From contig NC_042998.1 of assembly GCF_006345805.1 (NCBI RefSeq), positions 30,256,001 to 30,320,000 of the forward strand: a DNA stretch of 64,000 nucleotides, given 5' to 3'. Below the pieces are notes generated by a model. That model saw only the letters and a program-made list of their open reading frames with translations. It was not told the origin of the DNA and searched no databases. The stretch's first letter is position 1. The number at the start of each line of letters is the position of its first letter. The translations under genes were made by a program, and so were the position numbers. Source of the DNA: Octopus sinensis (Eukaryota). This document shows, piece after piece, positions 49,840 through 62,825 of this stretch.

Positions 49840-50920
49840 TTGTTTTGCTTCACTGACAAAATTCGTTTCAACCCGTACAATTCTTTATTTTCCGTAAAAA
49901 TGTCTTATTTACTTCCTGCCCGTCGTATTAAGAAATGTAATTTCCATTGCCCAGTTATTTTCATTGTTTACGATCTTTACAGCCGTGTATTTCTGTATAC
50001 GTATATAACCATACCTAGAAGGAAAGTGTCAAATTCGTCTACAATGTCAAGGTTAGCTAAAAGAATGTCTCTGTCCAGAGAAAGAGAGACAGCTGCAGAA
50101 AGGGAAGCATATCAAGAAACGAACAGACTGTGCACTACAAACGCCAGAGCACCTCAAAGTGTTGAACAGAAGTATGAACGGCTGACAAGGAATAGGATCT
50201 CCACTGCAGAACGAAGAGCAGTTGCATCAGCTCAGAGAAATCATTTCTATGAAGCACCTTCAATTATGTTCCATCAGTTCATTATGAAGATAGCACTAGA
50301 GTTTCAAATGGTGCAATGACAATTGAGTACATACATTATAAAGCAAGGAAGTGGCCTGGAGAGACACCTGCACTGGGCTGCAGTGGTGGAAAGGTTACTC
50401 ACTGCAATCCCCCAACTCGCAGAGCCATTGAAGAAACTGTTGTCATAGAGTGACCAATATTTCAAGCACTTCCAAAAAAGAAATTAGACAGTAACACGCT
50501 GCACTACAGATGACATAATTTGGCTCCACAAGAGTTTTAACTAAGCAAGGATTCATGCAAACTTTCAAGAACCAAGGTCAGATGTTCCATCGGATTGGCT
50601 TTCTACTACCTCTGTCAAATGAATCACCAAAATCCGCCTTTCATTGTATAAAATCTGTACCTGGTTTTTGGTTACGTAATAAGCTGCACAAAATGTGTTT
50701 TTGAATTACGTATAATTTAGTTTATATACATATATGAGTTGAAAACTTTCTTTTGACATTTCACTTAATGTCTATGTTCCATGCTGGCATGGGCTGGATA
50801 GATATTAATGTAGAAAATTGGCATCTCAGCTCCTAGCAGATGAGACCTGCGTAATCTAAACGGCGTTTTTAAATTTCATTATTCCCTTTAACCCGAGCAA
50901 CGCCGGGTGTCTTTGTTGGT
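49840..50920 (+). mobile_element. Helitron relic with Rep N-terminal coding remnant
   Basis: GAMTIEYIHYKARKWPGETPALGCSGGKV..AALQMT*FG..GFMQTFKNQGQMFHRIGFLLP (about 50310-50635); 3' hairpin ACCCGAGCAACGCCGGGT 50891-50908; 5' boundary uncertain. Confidence 0.8.
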
Positions 50921-50934
50921 ACATATATATATAT

Positions 50935-51362
50935 ATAAACATCGCATGACCATGCAAGTGGGACCCAGTTAGATTTTTCTTCAGGCCGACTAGGCCATCC
51001 CGCTCAAAAGGTCACTGAATAAGGGTTGTTTCCAGAGATGAATTATTCAAACACCAAAGAATACCCCCACTACTTCTGCTCGTGATCAGAGATGCACATA
51101 TCGGCAGCCACTAAGACACATGCTTAACTGGTTATGGTGAAGCTACTGACAATCAAATCCGTGGTATTGCGCAGAATATTTGCTGTAGCCCATCATTTAT
51201 GCCAAGACAACACAATATACCTTAAGAGCCAATGCCTGGTACTGCATCTGGGCTTTGAAGGTACTCCATCAAAGCATTGGTACTGCATCAAATCATTGGT
51301 ACTGCATCAAGGCATTGACGGTACCGCGTCAGGGCATTGGTACTGCATCAGGGCTATTATTA
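50935..51362 (+). mobile_element. Family D repeat with tandemly reiterated 3' terminus
   Basis: Body matches 7170-7431; GGTACTGCATC-type motif repeated about six times at 51238-51352 before (ATT)n. Confidence 0.85.
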
Positions 51363-51477
51363 TTATACTTTTAAAAACTTATTTCTCTTTGCTAATCCGC
51401 TAACGATGCTTAGGGAAATTTCTATAGAATTTGAGTGTTACGTTTTATTCTCATTACTTTTAATGTTTATTACAATG

Positions 51478-51670
51478 GTAAGATAGCAGAACCGTTTGCA
51501 TATTGTGCAAAATGTTTAGCGGCATTTCATGTGATCTTACGTTTTGAGTCCAAATTCTGACGAGGTAGACTATGCTTTTCATCCTTTCAGGGTCGCAAAA
51601 ACAAGTACCAGCACAGAACTGGGATATGTGTAATCGACTTATCTCTCTCCCTGGCTAAAGTTCGAAATCA
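51478..51670 (+). mobile_element. SINE family A, degenerate T2 copy
   Basis: GCTTTTCATCCTTTCAGGGTCG core and GTAATCGACTTATC. Confidence 0.75.
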
Positions 51671-52907
51671 TTATCTTTGATGGTTGTTGTCTTTAGTATT
51701 CTCTATATTTTTAGTGAATTGTGTTGCATATTATCATTTCATGTATTTCTGAATATTATAGTGTTTTGCTGCTGATTCTGTTCATGATATTTTTTATATT
51801 CTTATTTTTTACTCTCAAGGGAACTTTTAAATTCATGAAAGAACTCCCAAAGTTAATGCGAATTAAAGAACATTTAAATTCTATGGCCTCTGCTTGATTT
51901 GTCTTCATTTTGGTGTGGCGTGAAACGTTTTTTTATGAATAAGTTAGCTGAGTTTTCAAAAATATTATGTTACAGGGAAAGAAATATATGCATCTTCATA
52001 AAATGCTTAGCAAAAAAATGTTTCACAGAAGCAGCACTGCGTTTAAGAAGTCCGGTTTTTATCCATCAACGCAGAACCCCCATTCATTATTTCTTATAAT
52101 CCACGAACAAGCATGCGATGAACGATATGTTATGGTAAATGTTATTTTGTTCCTGTGTCGCGCGGTAAAATTGAACGTAGAACCATCTGGATAAGAAGCT
52201 AAGGGAAGTGGGGTTTTTTTTGTTCTTTTTAGCTGCTCTAAATGTTTAATAGGCTGGTGGTAATAGAGTGAATATATTTTCGAAAACTTATTATTAATGT
52301 GAATGATATCTTCAATATTAATCCACAGAACCTTTATCGGTCGTTGAAACACGGTTGATATCTGCACATTTCTCTTTTGTCCATCATGTATTTTGTATAT
52401 ATTTGTTGCTCCTTTATTGCAGAAGAATATCCTTTAAAGTGGCACCTAATATAACGGTTGTCAGGAACCGACACACCGTATTGTTTGTCTATGTTGCTAT
52501 CATTGTACCGAGTTAATCTTCTGATGAAAAGTAACCTTAGAACTTTGCATTTTCTACGAGCGTACATTTTTCATCAGTTGACAGGGAATATGAAAAACTC
52601 ATTTCCGACTCTAGTGATGTCATCAGTCACGTGTGAAGATTTGATCAATGATGGACTGAGATATGTGTTCGTTAGTAGATCTCATCAGAGTAATATGATG
52701 CAACAGCCAATGGCAGGTTTCGTTCCAAGAGGACGTCAGTATCACTGTTAATTGGGACATTTCTACGTGTTAACTATTTCGGATTAAAGCATAAATAGAC
52801 CAGATCGCAACTAGTAAAAAGTCAAAGAACGACCAACACCTAGTTATTTATCGATTCTATGCATACAGAACATTCTACGTTTTTTTTATTTTCTTTAACC
52901 TCGTGTT

Positions 52908-52986
52908 GTATGTATGTATGTATGTATGTATGTATGTATGTATGTATGTATGTATGTATGTATGTATGTATGTATGTATGTATGTA
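52908..52986. repeat. (TATG)n microsatellite
   Basis: Directly visible. Confidence 0.97.
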
Positions 52987-53291
52987 TGGATGTCTGTAAG
53001 TCTGTCTGTCTATATGTATGTATGTACGTATATTTTGTTTTATGTGTGTATTCTCATGCATGTATTTTCATATCTTCCTTTTTACGATGACGATGTGTTT
53101 GTAACACACTAGGCTTATTGACGCAAACGAAACCGGTGTTTCAGTATGTTGTGTCCCGTTAACCAGAAGTTACCGGTCCTTTGAATCTATAGAAGAAAGT
53201 GCCATTTCATTCAACGCCAATATGAGCATACATATACGCACATGTGTACATACGTATATGTTGAACACCCATATGTACATATATAAAACGC

Positions 53292-53324
<33 letters not shown>

Positions 53325-53342
53325 TATACATATATATCATTG

Positions 53343-53385
<43 letters not shown>

Positions 53386-53428
53386 TACACACATGTTTAT
53401 GTATGCATGTATATGTAAACACTTTTCT

Positions 53429-54029
53429 TATTTCTTTATTGCCCACAAGAGGCTAAACATAGAGGGGACAGACAAGGACAGAAAAAGGAATTAAGTCGAT
53501 TATATCGACCCCAGTGCGTAACTGGTACTTATTTAATCGACCTCGAAAGGTTGAAAGGCAAAGTCGACCTCGGCGGAATTTGAACTCAGAACGCAGCGGC
53601 AGACGAAATACCTATTTCTTTACTACCCATAAGGGGCTAAACACAGAGAGGACAAACAAGGACAGACAAACGGATTAAGTCGATTATATCAACCCCAATG
53701 CGTAACTGGTACTTACTTAATCGACCCCGAAAGGATGAAAGGCAAAGTTGACCTCGGCGGAATTTGAACTCAGGACGTAGCGGCAGACGAAATACCTATT
53801 TCTTTACTATCCACACGGGGCTAAACACAGAGCGAACAAACAAGAACTGACAAACGGATTAAGTCGATTACATCGACCCCAGTGCGTAACTGGTACTTAT
53901 TTAATTGACCCCGAAAGGATGAAATGCAAAGTCGACCTCGGCGGAATTTGAACTCAGAACGTAGCGGTAGACGAAATACCGCTAAGAATTTCGTCCTGCG
54001 TGCTAACGTTTCTGCCAGCTCACCGCCTT
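53429..54029 (-). mobile_element. SINE family A head-to-tail trimer (one head, three 184-bp bodies)
   Basis: GACGAAATAC ends at 53611, 53795 and 53979; TSD-like CACTTTTCT (53420) / CACGTTTCT (54030). Confidence 0.93.
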
Positions 54030-55241
54030 CACGTTTCTGTGTTAGTGTAAATCTGTGGGGAGGTCGCGTGTGGTGAGGTCATGCTCTAGCATTCTGATTG
54101 TACATTACTATCTTTCGAGTAAAAGTCAATGTCAGAGGGGACAAATGGACCTTCCGTTGCCGACTGCGTATTAATATATGTCCATATTTCTTTTCTTGTT
54201 TTTCCTGGTATCGCTTGCTCATGAGTAACGTAAACCGTGCAACTATAGCATTGACAATATGAACAGTAAGTAGCGATTGTCTCCCTTTTTGAAGCATTTA
54301 TCTTATATTATTTAACGCGGTGTTAGGCGGGTCTTTCAGTAATTTTTGTGGATATCCAGCTAGACATTAACCATGGTGAAGCTGGTCGCCTAGGATCGAT
54401 CCAGGGAGCTGCAAGTCAGAAGTGCATTCTGTAAATCTGTGCCGTTTCAGTTGCTGCATGTACAGGTTAGAATTGCGCTGTTGGTATTGGTTACATGGAT
54501 GGTTTCCGAATGTATAAACAGTATTAAAAGAATCTTCTACAGAGATAAAATTTACAATCATCTGGTGTCTTATAACATCGAATTCATGTCTCACAGCCAC
54601 ACAGCTCACGTGCACACACATACATAACACACACGCACGTAAATACATGGACACATACACACGTATATATACACTTATACACACACACAAGTACACGCAC
54701 ACACACGTATACATACATACATACACACATATATCTATATAGTGGTGGGTGGGGTTGGATAGGCGCAAGACTTGAGTGGTTAAGAGTTTCACTTCACAAT
54801 CCGTGTTTAATTTACTGCTTGGCATTTCAAGCAAATACCACAAGAATTGCTTCGTGTAATATCACGTATTGTGGGTGAAATTGACCGGAAAGGAACTGTT
54901 CAGAATTGTACTTATAATTCAATGATGAAATTTTGTGACAATACAACATTAATTCCACCAATAAATTATGCTAGGGGAAAATATACCAATTGAATAGTGT
55001 CCCATGTCGCTAATTTCATAAACAGGCAGGATGGTTCATCGAAGGATCATTCGTTAAAATCCACTTAAATGTTCATGCATATACATAAATACGTAATTCG
55101 TTCATTCTACCGATAGTTGAGAATCTCCAATAAAATGGCAAGTGATTTCCGATTGTGTAATACACTGGTTATGCATTAATTACAATGCTATCGAAACATT
55201 TGTAGCATGCATTGAACTATCATTGTCCATTCATTTTTAGT

Positions 55242-55283
<42 letters not shown>

Positions 55284-55459
55284 AGAATTCACACAAAAAA
55301 AGAACAAAAGAAAAAAAGTCAAGGTAGAGAATGCTAACATAATTCTATCATAACAAACATTTCAGTACCGGTCACAGTCATTGAGACTTTTTCAACTGTA
55401 AGTATGGAAAGCAATTAAATTTTGGAAAAATGAAAAGAAATGGTTTTTTTAAAGAATAT

Positions 55460-55510
55460 TTGTGAATGGATTTGGTAAACGGAAACTGAAAGAAGCCTGT
55501 CGTATATTTG

Positions 55511-55545
<35 letters not shown>

Positions 55546-55750
55546 CTGTGTGTCTGTGTTTGTCCATCTAGCATTGCTTGACAACCGATGCTGGTGTGTT
55601 TACGTCCCCGTCACTTAGCGGTTCGGCAAAAGAGACCGATAGAATAAGTACTGGGCTTACAAAGAATAAGTCCCGAGTTGCTCGATTAAAGGCGGTGCTC
55701 CAGCATGGCCGCAGTCAAATGACTGAAACAAGTAAAAAGAGTAAAGAGTA
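55460..55750 (+). mobile_element. SINE family C, 5'-truncated
   Basis: GGATTTGGTAAACGGAAACTGAAAGAAGCC..AAGGCGGTGCTCCAGCATGGCCGCAGTCAAATGACTG. Confidence 0.9.
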
Positions 55751-55928
55751 TTCAAATGCAAGGGGTATTTTACTTGTTTCTGTCTTTTTTGTTTACTCTT
55801 GCGGCTACGAAGTCGTTGTGAATTCTTGGCAGAGAAGAAGAAGAAGAAGAAGAAGAAGAAGAAGAAGAAGAAGAAGAGAAGAAGAAGAAGGAGGAGGAGG
55901 TGGTGAAGGAGGAGATCGCGGGAGCGCC

Positions 55929-57354
55929 ATGATAGTAGTAGGATGCTAAATGGTCAAGTGCCCTGAAAGTGACTTGTTGTGGATGGTAGTAGTGATTGAA
56001 TTCATGAGATATCTCTTTTGAATGTATCGTTTATAAAATTTGCGTAGGTGTTATTCTAAACAGCAATAGTAGTAAATTAAGGAAGGAGGTGCCAGGGAGG
56101 AAGAAGAAGAAGAAGAAGAAGAAGAAGAAGAAGAAAGAGAAAAAAGAGAAGAGAAAATAAAAAAGGAATGCAGGTGGTATGATAGTAGTAGGATGCTAAA
56201 TGGTCAAGTAACCTAAATGGCTTGCTGTGGATTATAGCAGTGACTGGGACTATTTTTAATGAATGCTTGGGTATCTCTTGAATATATCATTTTTAATATT
56301 TGCGTGTGTGTTTGTGTTATTCTAAGGCCGTGGTGGATATGTCGTTTGTTGTAGATGCGTTCAAAAGGGTTCTGTACTTTGTAATAAAGAGATTCTCTTT
56401 ATTAATTCGTTGGCTACAGGTTGTATCGCCGCTGAATTGGTAGAGGGGAAAAATTATGAAGCTTGGATTTTTGTTACTGGCGCAAATGTCGATGTGTTGG
56501 CTGAATGCTATTTTTCTGTTTTGGAGAACTTTGATATGGGATTTGTGCACAGCCACCCTTTGGCGTATACTGTTTTTTGTTTGACCTATGTATTGCTCTT
56601 GGCACTCAGAGCAGGTTAGTGCGTATATTAGGTTCTCCGAAGCACATGTGAAGCTGCTTTTCACTGTGAAACGTTGTCAGTCAATTAAATCCCTCAAATT
56701 GACGCATATCCCACAATTGGGTCTTCCGCATTTTTTACTGACAGCTTCTGTGTTGCTGTTGAGCATATTCGGACTTGTGTTAGGAGACTTATCATAGATT
56801 TGGATTGTGTCTTGCTTTTTATGATGGTGTGTGTTTGGAGGATTAAGTTCATTCTGTGGTCCTTTTTTAGCAGGGGAATGTTTTGGAGGATGGTGTCGAA
56901 GGCTTCATTATTAAGAGGGTTGTGTGTGGAGATGTATGGTAGGGCTTTTGGTTGTAAATCCTTCTTTAATTTCGGATATCTGAGTTCGTGGATGTTGAGT
57001 TGTAGGGCACGTTGAAAGCATATGTCAATTAGTGAATGTAGGTAGTTCCTGGTGATGAGTATATCCTTTAGTTCATGTAGTCATGTGTCTCTGGTGTTTG
57101 CATTAGATACTATAGTACATGTCCTTTTTTGCTAGGTTGAAGGGGATATTCATTCTGGAGTGTCTGGGGTGGCATGAGTCGAACGGTAGATATTGCTTGG
57201 AGTGCGTAGGCTTATAGTATATGCCTGTTTCTATTACGTTGTTAGATTTCTTAATGAGGATGTAAAACCTTTTGCATAGAACAGTGTTTATTCTCTGTAC
57301 AGTATCTGAAGTCATACAATATAAACTGAGATTGTATTCTATCGGAGCTCCCAC
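55929..57354 (-). mobile_element. Penelope-like element 3' half: RT C-terminus, linker, GIY-YIG endonuclease, tandem terminal repeat
   Basis: IETGIYYKPTHSKQYLPFDSCHPRH; LPYISTHNP; KCGRPNCGIC; NLIYALTCSECQEQYIGQT..R..H..E..FI..Y..LLN (56317-56664); 250-bp-period repeat overlapping the stop codon. Confidence 0.9.
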
Positions 57355-57749
57355 TATTTCTTGACAGCCGTGAACACATGACTTTCTCTAGATCTCCGTT
57401 ATTAGTAAAATAAATTTACCTAAATAGATTTTACAGTTTTAAATCTAGTTTATTTTATCAGGCAGAGACTAATTCGAGCGACTGATAGTAACAAATATAT
57501 AGGTAATTGCTTTATTTTGGCATTAATCGCTGAAACTTTGATCAAACGACTAACTTGGTTTATGTTCAGAGTATTTTATTGGAGATTTATTTAAAATAGT
57601 TAAATGATTATGCAACAACGCCTCCTGAAACGTTCATTTCATATTCTTTAACTTGGTTGGTGATATTTGTGTAACGTGAAACAACAAAAATAATTTTTGT
57701 AAGTTCGCAGTCATATAGGAGGTCTGTGTCACACACATACGCGCGTCCC

Positions 57750-57809
<60 letters not shown>

Positions 57810-57812
<3 letters not shown>

Positions 57813-58099
57813 CGTGATCACCGTGACCGACCAGGCTATCAGATATTGCTACACATCACTGGTCACAATGCGCTTCGCATTGTTTTAGCCTTCAAATGAC
57901 GCTGGCTAAGCGAGCAGGCCAACAGGTAAGAGTGGTGGCGAAATAGTACAGCAGAGATCGCCACCATCCGCTGCCGGAGCGTTGGGGAGCTTTAGGTGTT
58001 TTCGCTCAATAAACTCTCACAACGAGCAGTCTAATAATGAAAACCGCGATCCTACGACCGCAAGTCCGCTGCCCTAAACACTGGGCCATTGCGCCTCCA
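57810..58099 (-). mobile_element. tRNA-headed SINE family B, tail type 1
   Basis: Head GGAGGCGCAATGGCCCAGTGTTTAGGGCAGCGGAC; tail ends CCTGGTCGGTCACGGTGATCACGGTG. Confidence 0.85.
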
Positions 58100-58420
58100 T
58101 ATATATATATATATATTATATATATATATGTTTATATATTATTGCGACTTGGAGGGTCATTACGCCAATAATAATAAACACACGCACTGGTTCAAAATCA
58201 CTTCTTCGCTGGTAGTCACTTTGTTAAATATCTAACCAAGTAACCAATCGATCGTTTGTTTGTTTGTGTCAGTCCTTGATGAATCGAATTAGCATCGATA
58301 ACATATCTGAACACTCGAGAGATCCATCGCTACGACATATACGGGTGTCTCTTCTCATAAATGCGACATTGCTAATGCTGAATAGAAAGAATAGAAAATA
58401 ACATTAGGTATTAGAATAAC

Positions 58421-58716
58421 GGATGCGCAATGGCCCAGTAGTTAGGGCAGCGGACTCGCAGTCGGAGGATCGCGATTTCGATTCCCAGACCGGGCGTTGT
58501 GTGTTTATTGTGCGAAAACATCTAAAGTTCCACAAGGCTCCGGCTTGGGGTGGTGGCGACCCCTGTTGTACTCTTTCGCTCCAACTTTCTCTCACTCTTT
58601 CTTCCTGTTTCTTGGGTAACGCTGCGATGGACTGGCGTCCCGTCCAGCCGGGGGGAACACATACGCCACAGAAACCGGGAAACCGGGCCCATAAGCCTGG
58701 CCAGGCTTTAAAAGGG
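58421..58716 (+). mobile_element. tRNA-headed SINE family B, tail type 2 (V-domain-like)
   Basis: A box TGGCCCAGTAG, B-box-like GATTTCGATTCC; GCGATGGACTGGCGTCCCGTCCAG..CAGAAACCGGG resembles the V-SINE central domain. Confidence 0.85.
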
Positions 58717-59153
58717 AGCATGAATAAATAAAATTAGAATAACAATACGATTGGTACCACCCACACAATATGTATGTGTGTATATGTATGGTAGGATCAG
58801 AACAAGAAGATACAAGGAAATCCATACAAATAATAATGACTCGTAGGGATGCCGTATTTCGTTATGCAATCATGATATAATACAAAGTATTCTAAACGTT
58901 TTTATAAGTTGATAAAAACGTTTGATATAACTCTGTGTAATATTATTGTTGCATTTAGAAATATGGTGTCTCTGCAGGTCATTTATATTGACGCACCAGC
59001 TTCCAAGAATGTGCTTAACATGTAAAATTTGTATACATAATAACGTTACACCGCTATATATATGGTAGCTAATTAAGCAATGGGCTTGTGAATGCTTAAC
59101 GGGTTGGATGAGTGTTGATGAAGGAGCAAAACTCCTGAAGTATGGCATATATG

Positions 59154-59384
59154 TTTCTTTACTACCCACAAGGGGCTAAACATAGAGGGGACAAACAAGG
59201 ACAGACAAACGGATTAAGTCGATTACATCGGCCCCAGTGCGTAACTGGTACTTAATTTATCGACCCCGAAAGGATGAAAGGCAAAGTCGACCTCGGCGGA
59301 ATTTGAACTCAGAACGTAGCGACGGGCGAAATACCGCGAAGCACTTCGCCCGACGTGCTAACGTCTCTGCCAGCTCGCCGCCTT
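59154..59384 (-). mobile_element. SINE family A, T1 copy with 9-bp TSD
   Basis: GCATATATG at 59145-59153 and 59385-59393. Confidence 0.95.
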
Positions 59385-59989
59385 GCATATATGCCTATTA
59401 CTCATTTTTCGCTGTTGCTTCTAACAGGCGCCTCGGATGGGATACGTCGTAACAAAATCTCTGCTGGCTATAATGTCTATGGAAAATCTGTAGTGATTAT
59501 CTTAAGAAGCCATACAATATAACGCATGTAATGATGAACACTTCCAATGCACAACAATATACGACCACGTGCACGCGCAGACGTGCACGCGCAGACGTGC
59601 ACGCGCAGACGTGCACGTACACATACGTGTACACATAATTACACACAGGCAATAGCCCGAGAACACACAACTATACACACATCCACGCACACACACCACA
59701 CATATACGCATATGCAGCAATGCACAGCGCTCGCGTGCACATACACGCACATACATTCATACACGTACGCGGGAGCACAAGAAAGCGGACACACAGACAG
59801 CCACACAAATGTTTACCTACACTAAATTTGATTACACTGCATGTCTACGCAGTTGCGCTCACATATGCACACACATACACATGCACACACACACACTGTA
59901 ACGCACATACACACATACTGGAACGCACACATATGAGCAAACACTCGCATATTAATACACACACGCGCACACACACACGAACATGGGAA

Positions 59990-60370
59990 GCACTCCGTCG
60001 GTTACGACGACGAGGGTTCCGGTTGAACCGAATCAACGGAACAGCCTGCTCGTGAAATTAACGTGTAAGTGGCTGAGCACTCCACAGACACGTGTACCCT
60101 TAACGTAGTTCTCGGGGATATTCAGCGTGACACAGAGAGTGACAAGGCCGACCCTTTGAAATACAAGTACAACAGAAACAGGAAGTAAGAGTGAGAGAAA
60201 GTTGTGGCGAAAGAGTACAGCAGGGATCACCATCACCCCCCTGCCGGAGCCTCGGTGGAGCTTTAGGTGTTTTCGCTCAATAAACACTCACAACGCCCGG
60301 TCTGGGAATCGAAACCGTGATCCTATGACCGCGTGTCCGCTGCCCAAACCACTGGGCCATTGCGCCTCCA
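59990..60370 (-). mobile_element. tRNA-headed SINE family B, tail type 3 (shared with family F)
   Basis: Same head as 58421; tail ends GGAACCCTCGTCGTCGTAACCGACGGAGTGC. Confidence 0.88.
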
Positions 60371-61279
60371 CACACACGAACATATACACTTACTCACAGA
60401 AGCGAATTTATGAGGAATGAAACTCAAGTTATAAGTGTATATATGTGCGGTTCTGTAATGTCTGTATGAATATACACACGTACATCTTTGTATGTGCGCA
60501 TCATTGAATCTGTTACTCTGTGTTAAAAGAGTTATCAATTTCTTGTATAATTTTTTTAATTGTTTTTCACCGACGTTATATATTCGACTGGATATAATAG
60601 TAGCAGTTTCCAACCATAAATGTCATAATAACGCTTCTATTACCTATTTTTACAAGCCAACGTGTTCATATTTCTTGATTTCAGTTGATATAGGCAATTT
60701 CTTTTGGCTCATATTAGCAATTTCTATTAGTTCGAGATTCGATCATCATAATTTCTGTTATACGATATAAACTGAGCTTCTGTTTCTGTTCCGCGCTGCT
60801 ATCTAGTTTCAATTGTACCATGTTTTATGACATGTTCTATACATAGTCAAACCTGATATGAAATGAAATGCTTATCCAATATCAAAGTTAGCCTTGCATG
60901 AACTAGCAATCTAATCGGAAATGATAATGGATTGTCGAGGTGAAGACTAGGGAATCATTGATGGAAAATTCCCTGCATTGAGTCTATTATGAGTGTGTTT
61001 AATATCAGAGACACGAAGAATGCTTTAGTTTAAAATTCCAGGAAACACTGTAGATACGTAATGTGCAAAACAGCATCGAAATAGATAGAAAGGAACGTGA
61101 AATCAATGAATTAAATAGTAAAATTTTAATAGGATTACAATGCAACGCTGCAGAAGTTTACAGACGAAGTTGAGAAAATTAACTTAGTTCCTCAATTCTA
61201 TTTTTAAATTACTAAACTTAGAGATTAGAAGCTTCGAAAGAAGTCATGCCTGACTAATAAGAACTTATGAACAATAAAG

Positions 61280-61289
61280 TCTATAGTAT

Positions 61290-61349
<60 letters not shown>

Positions 61350-62000
61350 TATATATATATATATATACCAATACATTATATATATTGCATATATATGTAC
61401 GATATAATATGTATATATATATGTATATATATATACCTATATATTGCATATATATTGTGTATTATATATATGTATATATGAATATATATGTAAAATATAT
61501 ACATATATATATATGCATATATATGTGTATATATATATGTATATAATATAAGTATATATACATATATATAGCATATATATGAGTCATATATATATGTATA
61601 TATATATATGTAAGTATATATTACTATATATATATGCATATATATGGTATATATATATGTATATAGTATATGTAATATATATATATGCATATATATGTGT
61701 ATATATATATGTATATATGTATATGTATATAATATATGCATATATATGTATGTATATATATAGTATATATATATGCATGTATATGTATATATATATATAT
61801 ATATGCATATATATGTGTATATATATATGTATATATAATATGTATATATTGCATATATATGTGTATATATATATATATATGTATTATATATGCATATATA
61901 TGTGATATATATATGTATATATATATTGTTATATATGCATATATATGTGTATATATATGTATATATATATATGTATATATATGCATATATATGTATATAT

Positions 62001-62033
<33 letters not shown>

Positions 62034-62173
62034 GCATTATATGTGTATATATATATATGTATATATATATGCATATATATGTGTATATATATATATGTAT
62101 ATATATAAATGCATATATATGTGTATATATATATGTATATATATAAATGCATATATATGTGTATATATATATG

Positions 62174-62206
<33 letters not shown>

Positions 62207-62400
62207 GCATATATATGTGTATATATATGTATATATATATGTATTTATATATACATGTATATATATACGTATATATAATATATGTATTTATATTACATGT
62301 ATATATATACGTATATATATATATGTATGTATATATACATGTATATATATTACATATATATGTATTATATATATACATCTATATATATATATATATGTAT

Positions 62401-62442
<42 letters not shown>

Positions 62443-62825
62443 TATATATGTATATATATAGTATATATATGTATATATATATACAATATATTGTTATTTA
62501 TATATATATAGTTATATATATGTGATTATATATACATATATATATATGTATTTATATATTATATATATTTATATATATATATTATATATTTATAATATAT
62601 ATTATTATATTAATAATATATTTATATATATATATATACATATATTATATATATATATATATATATATTTATATACTATAATATATATATATATACATAT
62701 ATATATATATTTATTAATATATATATATATATATATACATATAATATATATCATAATTATATATATATACTATATATATAATGTATTGTGTGTGTGTATG
62801 TGTGTGTGTGTGTATATATATATAA
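61280..62825. repeat. About 1.5-kb degenerate (TA)n-based tract
   Basis: Almost exclusively TA with recurring GCAT/GTGT/GTAT interruptions; all long ORFs here are artefacts. Confidence 0.97.
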
